Assembly (NCBI RefSeq): GCF_006345805.1 | Contig: NC_042998.1 | Coordinates: 187,364,001 to 187,428,000, forward strand | DNA from: Octopus sinensis | Taxonomy: Eukaryota | DNA: 64,000 bases | Reading direction: 5' to 3' | In this document: positions 1 through 13,260 of the stretch, piece after piece | Numbering within the stretch: the first letter of the stretch is position 1 | Layout of the letters: each line of letters starts with the position of its first letter | Translations under genes and position numbers: made by a program | The notes under the pieces: generated by a model | The model's database searches: none | Seen by the model: the letters and a program-made list of their open reading frames with translations, nothing else | Told to the model about the DNA's origin: nothing

Positions 1-385
1 TGGGATATATTATGTGGAACACAACAGACACCACCACTGCTCAAGTGGTAATAATATGAAGACATAAATTTTTGTGTACATGAATATATTCACTCAACAA
101 TTTTGTCAACCAAATTACACTCACAAGGCATTGGTCAACTTGAGTGAACTTCTTAATGACACAGCCATGCCTGCACCTATTTAGTTTGTTCCTAGATATA
201 TGAAGTGAGAATATTTGAAATTAGGTAAATGTCTGGGTATTGAAAACAATTCCAAGTTGCTTTGAGTACTGGCATTTACAATCTTAGGTATCATTGATAA
301 AAGTTGTTTAAAGCATATTAAAGAGTTTTAATTGCTCACAAGTAATATGTTATATCAATTCCTCTTACATTTTCTTTTTTTTTTA

Positions 386-388
<3 letters not shown>

Positions 389-424
<36 letters not shown>
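389..424. repeat. (GT)n microsatellite
   Basis: Pure dinucleotide run. Confidence 0.95.
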
Positions 425-426
<2 letters not shown>

Positions 427-3400
427 CCTTAAAACTGCTACTTTCATTTGATTTGCTGTAATTCATTCATAAGTACCTCAAACATACACATACTCCAAGG
501 TTCACTTTCTTTCTCTCTCCCTCTCTCTGAAACAGACAAAAATGCATGTACTTTGTTTGGGCTTTAATATATTCTCTATTTTTCACCATTTAGACTTAAA
601 CCAATAAGCATCATTATAAGCGCTCACTAAAACTGTAGATTTATATATAATTGTCACAACTGTTTCCTCTGTTACATTGTAGCCCTCAACCAACAGCGAC
701 TGTTTGCTTCCACGCTGATAATGTGTAAATATGAAGCTTTCTTTAAAACAATTTGTATCTTCCCTTCAACTAAATAGCTCATTCCGTAAACTATTTCAAA
801 ATTATCTTAGAGCTTTGTTTTATATGAACTTCACACATTATGCTGTACTTGTTTCCATACTCTTCTTACATAATGCTTTAGCTAATACTCTTTCTATATC
901 TTTGGCCACCCATTTCTTTCTTTCCTTCCTTCTTTCTCTCTATCTCTGATTTTAAAACCTGTGTCTTCTTGAAGTGTTTGACAGCACCTGCTTCTGTCTT
1001 CCTTCTATTAGTTAATACCTAACCCTGGTCTAAAAACATTTAATTATTGATGAGTTTCTGTTTGGTAGGTTATAAATTGTATCCTGTACACATCCTCACT
1101 ATCAGATGAAAAGATAGTCAATAAATATAAGAAGACATTTTGAATAAGATAGTAAAGACATTATAATAATTAGATAGAATAAAGAAGAGAGAGTGTTGGT
1201 AATGTTGAATGTAAACAGACTTGGAGTTCAAGAATGGGATGTGACAAGAGATTTAAAAAAGAAAGAATATCAAAAAACAGAAAATTTCCTATTGATAGTA
1301 ACTGCTGTAGAGTATGGGACAGCAGGATGATTCTTATTTGTCTTTGATTCCTGGTTGATGCACTTAATTTATTCCACTACAACTTTCTGAAAGAATAGGA
1401 ATAGAATTTACTTTTCCTTTTCTGAAATCTAAATATGTAAAGGTAAGATTCTGGTGAACTACATGCGGGACAGTTTCAATTCTTGTTTGTATTTTATTTT
1501 ACTTATTTTATGTTGCTAATGCTCTGGAGAAAAGCATGACCTTTGTGCAATCTCATTTTCTACTTCCTATATATCTAAAGCATGCCTAAACTGTTTCCAG
1601 TATTCTGCCACAACCCATAGAAACAGTGACAAAGGTGCTAGAGGTTGTTGGGTGATTGTCCAAACTATACTGTAGAGGTTACCTTATCTTTTTGTCATAT
1701 TTAGAAAGCAGACGCTACTCCTACACCATAGCAGGAAGGGCTTCATTCACTAAGTTATTCAATCATACAAAATACTTGTTCAGTTGTTCTGATCTGAATC
1801 TATCCATTACACGTATACATGTGCATTCACTGTGTGATTGTTTGTGCATCTATATATGAATGCATGTGAGCATGCATGTAGTGTAACCCCGGCACCATGG
1901 TTTAAAAATATATTCTGTACCTATCTCCTAGATTATGACCAAAGAACATTGAGAATATTGGCAAAAATATGTTTTGGAGCTGAGTAAAGCTTGTCAGATT
2001 TCTATAAAGAAGTTAAAATTGAAGAATATTTTCATATATATATATATATTTATGAAATAAGAGGCAGCTGTATGTTTGTATTGTTTAAGTGGTGTGCATA
2101 ATAAATTAGCATTTGGTGAGCTAATTTTGATTCCTGTATAAAATCTAAAGCTGTTGCTTGCTTATGATCCAACTCATTCTCAGTATCACTCACTGTTAAT
2201 TTTTTTTTATTATTTAACTGTTTTCTCTGAAAATTTTAGGCTTCATTATGTGCTAAATACCCAAAATTATCAATCAATTCATCCCTTTACATGGTGACTC
2301 TTTGCCCATAAGGATCACCCATTTTCACAGAGAAGTGTTTATAAGTTTGTTTTGCAAGCTTGTGTTTGTATTCTCATGACAAAATATTTAAACATATTTC
2401 ATGCCGGATTGAGTTTTATAAATATGTTTACATAAGAAATCAGCACTATATTGCGATGCTTTCAACTGCTGTTAAAGCCTTTATTTTCATTCAAATATCT
2501 CAGAGATATCTTCAATACATAGTGACATTTTCCTTCTCTCCTTTCATCAGTTCACATTTTAATCCTAATTATTTGGTTGATTATGTTCTAATTTATTCAA
2601 AAAGATTTATAAAATAACTTTAGAACTCTCAATTGGGTCGTTTAACAGTGGACATATCTACGTTTCAACCATAATGAGGTTAGCTGACTTTCAATGGCTC
2701 TTGGTTGCATGTAATGGTTGAGTAAAATGACTGTCAAATAAATCAGTGTATCTTAGTGATGGAGCATAGCAACTTCTCCGTCCAATTCTAGATTTACTGT
2801 TATTGAGAAATGTATAGCTTTTCTTCTTCATTTTATACTTCAGTGAAGAGACCAATATATTGTTTTACTTGTTGAATCATTATTCTATCACCCCTTCATT
2901 AATATTTAGTTTCAATCATAAACAAAATATTTCCATTCTTCTCTTAATTATCTGACCATTCTATTGATTCTTTGTGAAGATTTTTCTTATCAATAAAAAA
3001 ATGTTTTCTTTTGATCTTTTGGTAGTATCCCAAAAATCATGTGATCTTTTGGCCTCAGTTAATCCTCATTGTTTTCATAACTGTTCATGGTTAGCTTTGC
3101 ATTATATAATGGCTACAATTCAGAAATGGATTATGCTCCTTTTCAAATGTTTAGCGAAAAGGTGGGGGGAGCCAGAAAAAAATATATTTGACAAATTTAT
3201 TGGGAAACTTCTTCAGTTTCATGCTTTTCATAAAAGCAAAAAACACAGAAAAAGCAAAATATGAAGTAAAGATTTATTAAAGGCTGATATCGGACAAGCA
3301 GTATATATTGTGAACTATTTTGACTGCAGCCTTTAAAACTTAAAATCTGCTATTATTGTCACAACAGCATGTGTGAGTGTAATAATAATAGTGAACTGAA

Positions 3401-4603
3401 CTATTTTGTGAATATTGAACTATTATGCAAACTGAATTGGGTATATTCCTTGAAATTCCTGCATCTTACACTCTCTTTCTCTCCAACTACCTGATGGGTA
3501 ATGAGAAAACTAACTGGCGGGGTGCAGATCAATTAGAATACTTCAAAACTATGTATGAGAATGATAAAAGTAACCCCTCTAGACTTATGTTGGTCTGTGT
3601 AAGAAACTATGCATGCGGGAGGGTTTTCTGAGGTTTTGAAGCATTCACAAAAGTTTAAGACTTTTAATAATGTGTGAAGCTCGGAAAAGTGGATTGAGTT
3701 AATATAGCTAATGATTAGTCTATCTGAAAGTAAGGTGTTAGTAGGAAAGGATTCAAAAAGTTTTGCCACATCAAATAAACTGCATTTCTCAATATGAAAG
3801 AAGCAAATTAGCAAGAATCTAATATAGTGTACTCATTTCAAACAAACAATTAACTCATAAATATAGTGAGATATTGATTTATAGTGGATCAAATTGGTAG
3901 ATGTACTAGAAGTCCTTAGTCAACAAGTAGATGATTTTTTTTACTTGGAACTGTATAATGTTCTATTACTTAAGTAACATAATAATTTTGCAGTAGCATT
4001 AATACTAGGCTCAAGCGATGTTAGCAGTGTGTTTTGTATATGTGTTTGTATGCCATATTTGTGTATAAATAACCATTTTTGCAAACAACTTCAATAACAA
4101 ATGTCAAGGGGTGTGGCTTGTACATGAGGATAAAAATATGGATTACAAAACTTTTGAACCAATGTTTCCATGTAAATTATGGGTGCATCTTTTGTGTAAG
4201 TATAAATCTCCCCCTCCTCCTCCCTCTCTCTTACATGTGTGTGTTGATGCAAACATGGAAAATTGAACTCAAAATATGAGTATATGTATATCTTTTATTC
4301 ATATCTAGCAGAAGCAGCAGAGTGACTCAAGATCTGAGAGTTCTGTACATTGGCACTTATCAAGTTTGGTGACTGCCAATCCCTAAAACTCTCAGACCTT
4401 GAGTCACTCTGTTGTTTCTACTAAATATTAATAAAAATGTGTGTGCATGTACGCACCTACACAAAAACTGGATAAACAATTATGGGTGGCAATGATTCAT
4501 TTATTGAGATGTTACATATATTTAAGTTACAAGATGAAGATATTTCTTTACAGCTGTTTCAAAAATATGGTGATTGGTTGATGCTGTAATGCATATTATT
4601 AAT

Positions 4604-4803
4604 AAGGCTGGCAGAATCGTTAGCACGTCGGGCGAAATGCTTAGCAGTATATTATCTGTCTTCAAGTTCTGAGTTTAAACTCCACCGAGGTCAACTTTCA
4701 TCCTTTTGGGGTCGATAAATTAAGTACCAGTGAAATACTGGGGTTAATGTAATTGGCTGTCCCCCTCACCCAAATTTCAGACCTTGTTCCTCTAATAGAA
4801 AGG

Positions 4804-4835
<32 letters not shown>

Positions 4836-5050
4836 CATTATCATTAAGGCAGCAAGCTGGCAGAATCCCAAGCCTGCCTGGCAAAATACTTTGCAACATT
4901 TTACCCATCCTTACATTCTGAGTTCAAATTTCACCGAGGTCAACTTCACCTTTCATCTTTTTGGGGTTGATGAAATAAGTACCAGTCACACACTGGGGTC
5001 AATGTAATTGACTAGTCCCTTCCCCCAAAATTTCAGGCCTTGTGCCTATA
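4604..5050 (+). mobile_element. Two tandem SINE family 3 copies joined by (TTA)n
   Basis: Heads at 4604 and 4846. Further + copies at about 36184, 39015, 39611, 45797, 46045 and 62540. Confidence 0.75.
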
Positions 5051-5284
5051 GTTGAAAGAGGTTATTAATATTATGTTATTATTGCTGTTCCAAGTCTCAC
5101 CCAGAGACCTCAAGTGACACCAAGTTGGATGTTTTACTGTGGGTGTTATTTATGGTTAGCAATGATATAGTGTATGTGAAGGAGGCCAGAATCTGAGAAC
5201 TAAGCTTCTGCTAGATTTGTATTATTATTATTATTAAAACGTTTTTTTAAATCACTATTATTATTATTATTGTTATTATTATTG

Positions 5285-5837
5285 AGTGAGAGAGCAGTTC
5301 ATGCCATCAAAGTGACACTGGGGTAAAATATACGAAGCCCAATATACCCATCATGACTACCAGTCTGATAAGGGTACACCAGGCACATGCATCACAACCA
5401 TATGTGCGCGACATGGTGATCTCATATCATGATAAACAGCACATGACCTTGCAGGTGGGGCCCAGTTAGAAATTTCTTCAGGTTGAGTAGCCCATCCCGC
5501 TCAAAAGGTCCCTGAATAAGGGTTGTTTAAGGATGTTGAAAGAACCACCCATGTTTCCAGAGGTGAATTATTCAAACTCCAAAGAATCCCTCTCAACACA
5601 TGGCTATGATGCTCCCCCGCTACTTCTGCTCGTGATCAGAGATGCACATATCGTCAGCCACCAAGGGACATGCTCAACTGGTTAAGGTCAAACAACTGAC
5701 AAGCAAATCTGTGGTATTGAGCATAATATTTGCTGTAGCCCATCTTTTATACCAAGACAAAACAATGTACATGATAACACTTCTAATCAGTTAAGATCAG
5801 AAGCCATGAGAGCCACTGCCTGGTACTGCATCAGGGC
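5285..5837. mobile_element. ~550-bp repeat-like element embedded in (ATT)n
   Basis: GC-richer block with (ATT)n tracts on both sides. Family unknown. Confidence 0.5.
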
Positions 5838-5891
<54 letters not shown>

Positions 5892-7790
5892 GCCTTGTGC
5901 CAAAATTAGAATTATCATTATTAGGCTGTGGTGTGTTGTTTGGGAATGATTTGGGTGCTATTATGGCAGGTCCTTCTGGCTTCCTTTTATTGACAGAAAG
6001 CATGAGAGGAGAAAAGGGAGGAGAGAAAGATTGAGAAATATTTTTGTTATTGATAAACATGAGTCACACTTTTTTTATGTACAGTGTTTATCTAATTACT
6101 CTAAGTAAATATAATCATTTCATAACAATAACAATCTTGAAGCCTGATAAAAAAAGAAAAGATATGTTTGTTTGGCTTGTGTCATGTAATCCTTATATGA
6201 TTTTCCATCCATTGATAGTTGAGAACAATACTTTATGCACTAGAGTTAATGTTATGCTGGTAATTGACCTTACATTTTGGTTTAATATTTCAGTTTATCT
6301 TCAGAGATAAGTTACCATTAGCATTGTTTACAATTTTAGTTCCTTTGCATACATACTTGTTCAAGGAAAACAGATGTAGTTTTAAGAACAAATTCTTATT
6401 TATCACCTCTTTCGTTCAAAGATCACTTTATTAGAAACCACTACATTTAATTTGTTGTTGCTATTCAATCCTATGGGAACTCAGGGTAGATTTATGATGA
6501 AAAGTATTCCAGCCATGACATTCCAGCTTTTCTGTGTATTTGGGATGATATTGTCTGTATACCATTTTAAAGATGTAGAATTTGATGTGAGGAAATCCAG
6601 CTGCTTTTGTAGCTGGCTGAGTGGTTGTTAGGAGGTCCTGTCATTGGCTTATGCAGTAACGAACTCTTCAGTTTTGATTATACTGTTCCCATTTGTGCTT
6701 ATTTATAAACAACAAAAATGGATTAATGCTTGCAAGCAACTTAATATCAATTACAGAGTGTTTAACTTCTCTGTTCTGCTGAGTACAGTAGAATGTTTAG
6801 CAAACTGTGACTACAACCCAATTTTGATTCCCACTTATAGCCAATTCATACCAACTCATACCATCTAGAAGAGAAAAATATGATCTCCCATCTACCTTGT
6901 AAACCAGTATTAAATTAGTCTGAAACCAGTAATTAGTCCACTTAAGTATGATATGAAAATAAAGAAAATGAGCAATATCTCTGTTCAGAACTTGTAAAGA
7001 TTTGTTCTGTAGCCCTCACATTCACTCTTTTTATCAAATGTTTTGAGTTCATAAAGACAAAAAGTCTCTCTCATCGTAGTGTTAAAAGTAAGAAGGCATA
7101 AGTGTAAATAATTGCCTAGCTTCAATTAACAAGTAGAAATAATGTGGAAGGGTTAGACAAAATATAGCTGGAAGAATGGGAATAATCTTATGTATTTTCA
7201 AAGGAGGAATGATACCACTAAATGAGTTGAATGAAGTTAATACAATTAATATGGAGAATTCTACAAGTTGTTTGTTTTGTTTGCTCAGAACTGAAATATT
7301 TCTTTAGTCTAAGAGAAACAAAACTTTGCATTGATTTGATAAAGTTAATAATGTGAAGAATCTTCCAAGAAAAGGGGTTTTTTGGAGGGAGGGTCTTTTC
7401 TTTTTGTGAAACTAGGGATTTAAATATATTGTCATATGGTTTTGTATCCGAAACGATTTTTGCAAGAAATTCTTAATTAAACAAGTCATAGAACTTTTTC
7501 TTCTGTACATTACCACACTTTAGCAACTTTGAATACTTTATTCAAATGTTAAGTTTTGTGTATGCGTATAACACACAGTCTTTTGTTACGGTAGTCACAG
7601 CTGCTAGCTTGATCTAGTTCTGCAGTTAAAGCAAATTTAAAAAAATTGTGTGTGTGTGTGTGTATGGCTAATGTGTTATATGTTAAGATCTTTGTGTATC
7701 AATGAACTGATTTTGCAGGAAAATTTTACAGAATCAATAAACATCTCAGGATCAATGTTTGCTGTTAATGAAATCAGTTATATATATACT

Positions 7791-8165
7791 GGTGCAGGAG
7801 TGGCTGTGTGGTAAGTAGCTTGCTTACCAACCACATGGTTCCAGGTTCAGTCCCACTGTGTGGCACCTTGGGCAAGTGTCTTCTACTATAGCCTCAGGCC
7901 GACCAAAGCCTTGTGAGTGGATTTGGTAGATGGAAACTGAAAGAAGCCCATCGTATATATGTGTGTGTGTGTGTCTGTGTTTGTGCCCCAACATCGCTTG
8001 ACAACTGATGCTGGAGTGTTTACGTCCCTGTAACTTAGCAGTTCGGTAAAAGAGACCGCTAAAATAAGTACTAGGCTTACCAAGAATAAGTCCTGGGGTC
8101 AATTTGCTCGACTAAAGGCAGTGCTCCAGCATGGCCACAGTCAAATGACTGAAACAAGTAAAAGA

Positions 8166-8166
<1 letters not shown>
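7791..8166 (+). mobile_element. tRNA-derived SINE family 1 (~390 bp)
   Basis: A box TGGCTGTGTGG, B box GGTTCAGTCC, internal (TA)/(TG) tract, tail GACTGAAACAAGTAAAAGAG. At least nine copies in the window. Confidence 0.9.
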
Positions 8167-8210
<44 letters not shown>

Positions 8211-8784
8211 CTCCTCAAGGGACATTGTTGTGGTCACAATTATGTGGGCCAAACAAGCCTTACTTTCAGACGCAGAGTCACGCTGCATAAAGAACAGATT
8301 CATTTCCCTCAATACAGGCAGACAGCACTGAATAGACATATCGACAGATGCACAAGTGATAAAATGCCGAATTTTCATATCTTCCCATCATACCAATGCA
8401 AAGATTCAATCTTAGTACAAGAATGCCTAAACAAGGGAAACATGTTCATACAAAAGTACAGACCACACCTCAACATACAAATTTGACCATTTTAAAAATT
8501 ATACTTAGGAGCCAGTTGTCCCCCTTGCCACCTGTTGCTTCCCTTGGTTCACTCTCTAGACTCATTCTTCTTATTCTTCAAACATCCAAAATGACAAAAC
8601 CCCTCTGTCATGGGAACTGATTATCGTACAATGTCCCTTGAAAAGCTAATTTAAATAGTGAAAACCGGTTGGATTTCACAACATCCATATAATATATATA
8701 TTTATAAAAAGATATTAAACTATATGAAACGAAGGCATTTCTCTTCCACTTTTTATATTTTTTTCCACATATTTTCAACTAATA

Positions 8785-8815
<31 letters not shown>

Positions 8816-9665
8816 TGGTAAAAGCATTACTATCACATTATAGTTTGGTTAACTAAAATCTACCTTACAGTTCATTGTGATGCTCAGATGCTTCTGAACC
8901 TATTAATATGAAACAATAACATTCTGTCTGTTAACAAGATTTAATATTTTGCCTTTCATGGCAGCTATGACTACAAAACTTAGCATATTCGTCAACAAGT
9001 GTTTGTTGAACTAAATAAAGGAAGCCTTTAGTTTACAAATGTAAAGTTCCTCAAAAATAGTGATTGTAAGTTCAAATACTTGTAAATATCTCTCAAAAAT
9101 TGTTCATTCACGTTTACTTAATTTACTGGGGCCTATATAAAAAATATTTGTTGAATATTTAGTGGCTGTATGGCAAAAATTTTAATTTATTAATTTAATC
9201 AATTTTACTGAAATTACTTCCTGTAAATTTCTAATTAAAAAAAAAAAATTTTTTTTTTTTGTAGTAGATATTTCTGAAAATGTAGGGTTCATTATCATTA
9301 CCTTTTGTTGTTTTCAAGGAGAAGAATCACTTCTGCTTAGGAATGGTGTAATAAGTCCTTAATGTGTCATTTTCTTGTTATTTTTACTAAGCTTTATTGA
9401 TTCTAATCCATATTTATCTAGCTTGGTTGGTATATTTCATTGTAATGGTGCATCTTATTAACCTAAACTGCTTGATTGTTAATGCCAAACTTCCTTATTC
9501 TTAAGAATTCTACATGCTAGTGGTGCTCAGCTTCTTTACAGTCTTTAATGCTTAACTTGCTGATGTTTTGCTCTCTGGCCAACAAAGGCTAATCCTTCAA
9601 ACATACAACCCAGTTATAAAATGTAGATAACCTATTTATACTTTTATTTCTTTGTCCTTTTGCAG

Positions 9666-9820
9666 CTTCCATTCTGCAGCAACATGGTGGCCATGCTCCT
9701 GATTTCAAAGGTGAAGCCTACACATTTAAGGCAACTACAGCCGGAATTATTGCAACTCTTTCTCATTGTATAGAAATAATGTCCCAGAGGGAAGATGCTT
9801 GGCGTAAACGCATGGAAAGG
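9666..9820 (+). CDS. CERT1: CERT exon (middle region): [51 protein letters not shown]
   Basis: Pyrimidine-rich tgcag acceptor and gtatgt donor. Peptide matches the recalled CERT motif [27 protein letters not shown]. Enters in phase 1, exits in phase 0. Confidence 0.93.
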
Positions 9821-10336
9821 GTATGTCAGTTGTTTATCTCAAGTGTAATTTGCTTTAAAGAAGTAATTTCATAAACAATACTTTATGTATGGCTTGCTCT
9901 GCTCACTCTCAAGATTTTATCCAGTTTATCAAAAAGCTTATTCAATAGATTATTCTTGAGTGATAATTTGAAAAGTAATAATATTAGCAATTATTTTGCA
10001 GCAACTCCAGAAAATGGCTTTTGAAACAAAAGACCTATATAACAAAAGCCAAAGTACTCATTTGCAACAAAAAGCACAAATTCCATCATCATCACAGAAT
10101 TAATTTTGATGTGTAGAAAAGGATTTAGTAGAAGCACAAAGTTATGTTCTTAGTGCAAGAATTATATATAGAAGAAATACAATGACATCTCTTAGATTAG
10201 CAAAGAACCAAGACCTCAAATGTCCCAAATGTTGTTAGTAGTAGAACCACCTATGAATTGGTTAACTACTCTGATGGCTCACATGAAGTAGTCATCTTTT
10301 TTTTGCTATCTAAGTGACATATTTAAGATCACCTTA

Positions 10337-10593
10337 CTGGCACCCACGCCGGTGGCATGTGTAAAAGATTCGAACGAGGTCGTTGCCAGTGCCGTCTGAC
10401 TGGCCCCGTGCCAGTGGCATGTAAAAGCACCCACTACACTCTCGGAGTGGTTGGCAGTAGGAAGGGCATCCAGCTGTAGAAACTCTGCCAGATTAAGATT
10501 GAATCCTGGTGCAGCCATCTGGTTCGCCAGCCCTCAGTCATTCGTCCAACCCATGCTAGCATGGAAAGCAGACGTTAAACGATGATGATGATG
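10337..10593 (+). mobile_element. RTE-clade LINE 3' UTR fragment
   Basis: ...ggaagggcatccagctgtag...ccaacccatgctagcatggaa...gttaaacgat(gat)n tail. More than 12 copies in the window. Confidence 0.8.
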
Positions 10594-10913
10594 TAGTTGT
10601 AGTGATTACTTAATAGTTACAGAAAGAAGTATGCTAGAAGAGGAAGGTGTTATCTCTGTTGGCAACAAGGTGTTGTTTTATTTTTCTCTGTAAAATTTGC
10701 ATTGCATGAAACTTGTGTAAAGAAGTATGATGCTGTATTATATATGGGAATTAAATGTTGACGGTTTGTGAAGACTGGAGAAAAATTTGTTGAGCATAAT
10801 TATTGGATATATTGCGTAACTTGCACAAAGGCAAACTCTGAAGTCTCAGAGAGTGATGAGACACAAAGAGCTTAATGCATGCAAGGAAAAGCTGCTCTAG
10901 TGTAGGTATGTAA

Positions 10914-11075
10914 TCATCATCATTTAATGTTTGCTTTCCATGCTAGCATGGGTTGGACGATTTTGACTGAGGGCTGGCGAACCAGATGGATGCCCTTCCT
11001 AACACCAACCACTCCAAGAGTGTAGTGGGTGCTTTTTACATGCCACCAGCATGGGGGCCAGTCAGGTTGTACTGG
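10914..11075 (-). mobile_element. RTE 3' UTR fragment, inverted
   Basis: Reverse complement of the 10337 copy, with an internal deletion. Confidence 0.8.
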
Positions 11076-11465
11076 CAGAGCTGGATTAAAAAGTGCCATG
11101 TATTGACAGTTGAACATTGTAAAGTAGGAGTCCAAGGAAAAGTAGAAATTTATAAATTAGCAAGGCATGTACTGCATACACTTTCAACAGATGCTAACAT
11201 GGTCAAAAAAAGAGGTCCAACATTAATTCTAATGATGAAATATCCTACTTGCACATGGCCAATGATTACTGAATTTTCAGCTTTGATAACTAATAGCCAA
11301 TACTGTCTTGCTCAGATGAACTGAAAGTATATATATAAATTACATACTATTTTGTGTGTGTATGGGAAATGTTATATTAGATTTATTTCTGTTAATGAAT
11401 AATATTGTCCTCATTGTGTTGCATCCAAACAAACTGAATAGTGTTTTTTTGTAACTTTTATTCAG

Positions 11466-11558
11466 GAAGTGGAGAAACGAAAGAAAGTTGAAGAATCCTA
11501 CAAATCTGTTTTACTGGATCGACAAAAGCCAATAGTATTTGGTGGACCAGATTATGAA
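11466..11558 (+). CDS. CERT1: CERT exon: EVEKRKKVEESYKSVLLDRQKPIVFGGPDYE
   Basis: ttcag/gtaagt boundaries, 93 nt, phase 0-0, FGGPDYE motif. Confidence 0.93.
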
Positions 11559-11943
11559 GTAAGTCTGTTAAGCACATGAAGTTTGTCTTAGTAACTATTT
11601 TAAAGTTTTTGTCGTTCTCTTCAGGGAACTACACAAAGGCTTGTGTGAATGGAGATAGTATAAAGTAAGGAGAGTCTTTAATGTTGTCAGGGACAAGACA
11701 AAATTCATAAGGATAAAATGATAAAATGCACCTACTCTACTCTGTAAAGTGGTAGGTAAAAAGAGGAGCATCTAGCTGGAGAAAGCATGCCAGAAATGGA
11801 ATGGTTGATCAAAGTGTGCTTCCACCCACCACTCATGCAGGATGGCCATAACTCTGAACAAGAACTGACTTGGAATGTGTATGACTCATCCAACCCATGC
11901 TGCCATGGAAAAGCAGCATATAATTATTATGATGACGCTATAT

Positions 11944-12338
11944 GTAGAGTGGCCATGTGGTAAGTAGCTTGCTTACCAACCACATGGTTCTGGGTTCAGT
12001 CCCACTGTGTGGCACCTTGGGCAAGTGTCTTCTATAGTGAATATACCTTTGGGCTAACCAAATCCTTGTGTGTGGATTTGGTAGATGGAAACTAAAAGAA
12101 GTTCATCGTATATATGTGTATGTATGTGTGTGTATATGTTTGTGTCTCTGTTTGTCCTCCCACCATCACTTGACAACCGTTGTTGGTGTATTTACGTCCC
12201 TGTAACTTAGAGGTTCGGCAAAAGAGACCGATAAAATAAATCCTAGGCTTAAGAACAATGTCCTGTGGTCAATTTGTTCGACTACAGGCAGTGCTCCAAT
12301 ATGGCCACAATCAAATGACTGAAACAAATAAAAGAATA
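11944..12338 (+). mobile_element. SINE family 1 copy
   Basis: Diverged full-length match. Confidence 0.85.
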
Positions 12339-12862
12339 TATCTTTTAAATATGAAGAAGGAGAAAACAGACTACTCAGAATTGAAAGTACAAGTCATATA
12401 TTTTAAATTTTATGAGAAGCTGAGACTTAATGAAGAGCTGTTTGAGTATCTAGATAAGTGTAAACAAATGAATGTAAGGAAGAAAGCAAATATAATGAAA
12501 TGAATAAAAGAAGGAAATGTAAGATAGTCAAACAATGTAAGGGGAATAACTCAATATTAAAAATAAAAAATAAAAGCAATGTAAATATGTGAAATTAAAA
12601 ATACAAAATGCAGACAACAAAGATATAAAAATGAAAAGTAGTCAGCTGCAACTTATCTTTAACACCTCTCCTATCATTCTCAATGGCTTTTTATATCTGC
12701 TCTTGATGCTCCCTACATCTGTTGTTACCCCATTCACTATAGCCAACCTTAAAAACTGCTGCTCTCTGTCACTGTACAAATCTTTGCCCCAATTCTTAAA
12801 CCCTGCACATCATCTCTTTACTTTCTAATCTATCTACATGTTTTGTTCTTTATAAACTTTAG

Positions 12863-12949
12863 GAAGGGCCACATTGTGCAATTAATGAAGATGAGTTTTT
12901 TGATGCTGTTGATGCTGCTCTTGACAAATTGGAAAAAGAGGAAGAAAGA
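12863..12949 (+). CDS. CERT1: CERT FFAT exon: EGPHCAINEDEFFDAVDAALDKLEKEEER
   Basis: tttag/gtaagt boundaries, 87 nt, phase 0-0. FFAT-like EFFDAVD at 12893-12913. Confidence 0.93.
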
Positions 12950-13139
12950 GTAAGTTGATTTCAATGACACTTGATTGTCTGTTGGTTGTTTTATATTGTT
13001 GTTTCGTACCAGGTCAATCCAGATCAAAGATCTTCATGCCATGGCCATTTTGTCTTTTTTTGGTGGCATAGTATTTTCTTTTTAGTTTCAGCTCAGAGCT
13101 GTGGCCATGCTGATGCATCGCCGTAAAAAGGTTTCTTTA

Positions 13140-13210
13140 TGCATCAGCCAGGAATCAAACCCAGGTCGCCCATGTGGCAGGCGAGCACTCTACCACTGAA
13201 CCATTGATGC
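13140..13210 (-). pseudogene. tRNA-Gly(GCC)-derived sequence (pseudogene or SINE head)
   Basis: 71 nt GCATCAATGGTTCAGTGGTAGAGTGCTCGCCTGCCACATGGGCGACCTGGGTTTGATTCCTGGCTGATGCA. GCC anticodon; T-loop TTTGA instead of TTCGA; several CpG-type transitions. Confidence 0.85.
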
Positions 13211-13260
13211 CAACAGTATTTGCAAAGGGAAGCCATCCTTCCCGTCTTCAACCTATGATA

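Noticed and set aside
9319-9345. Possible 27-nt phase 1-1 CERT microexon (EESLLLRN)
   Set aside because: Acceptor plausible but the donor ATG|GTGTAA is weak and there is no recognisable homology. Needs junction reads.
1-9665. Search for CERT PH-domain and serine-repeat exons
   Set aside because: No matching peptides found. They probably lie upstream of the window.
13140-13210. Functional tRNA-Gly gene
   Set aside because: B-box C56>T, an acceptor-stem mismatch and CpG decay. Called a pseudogene or SINE head instead.
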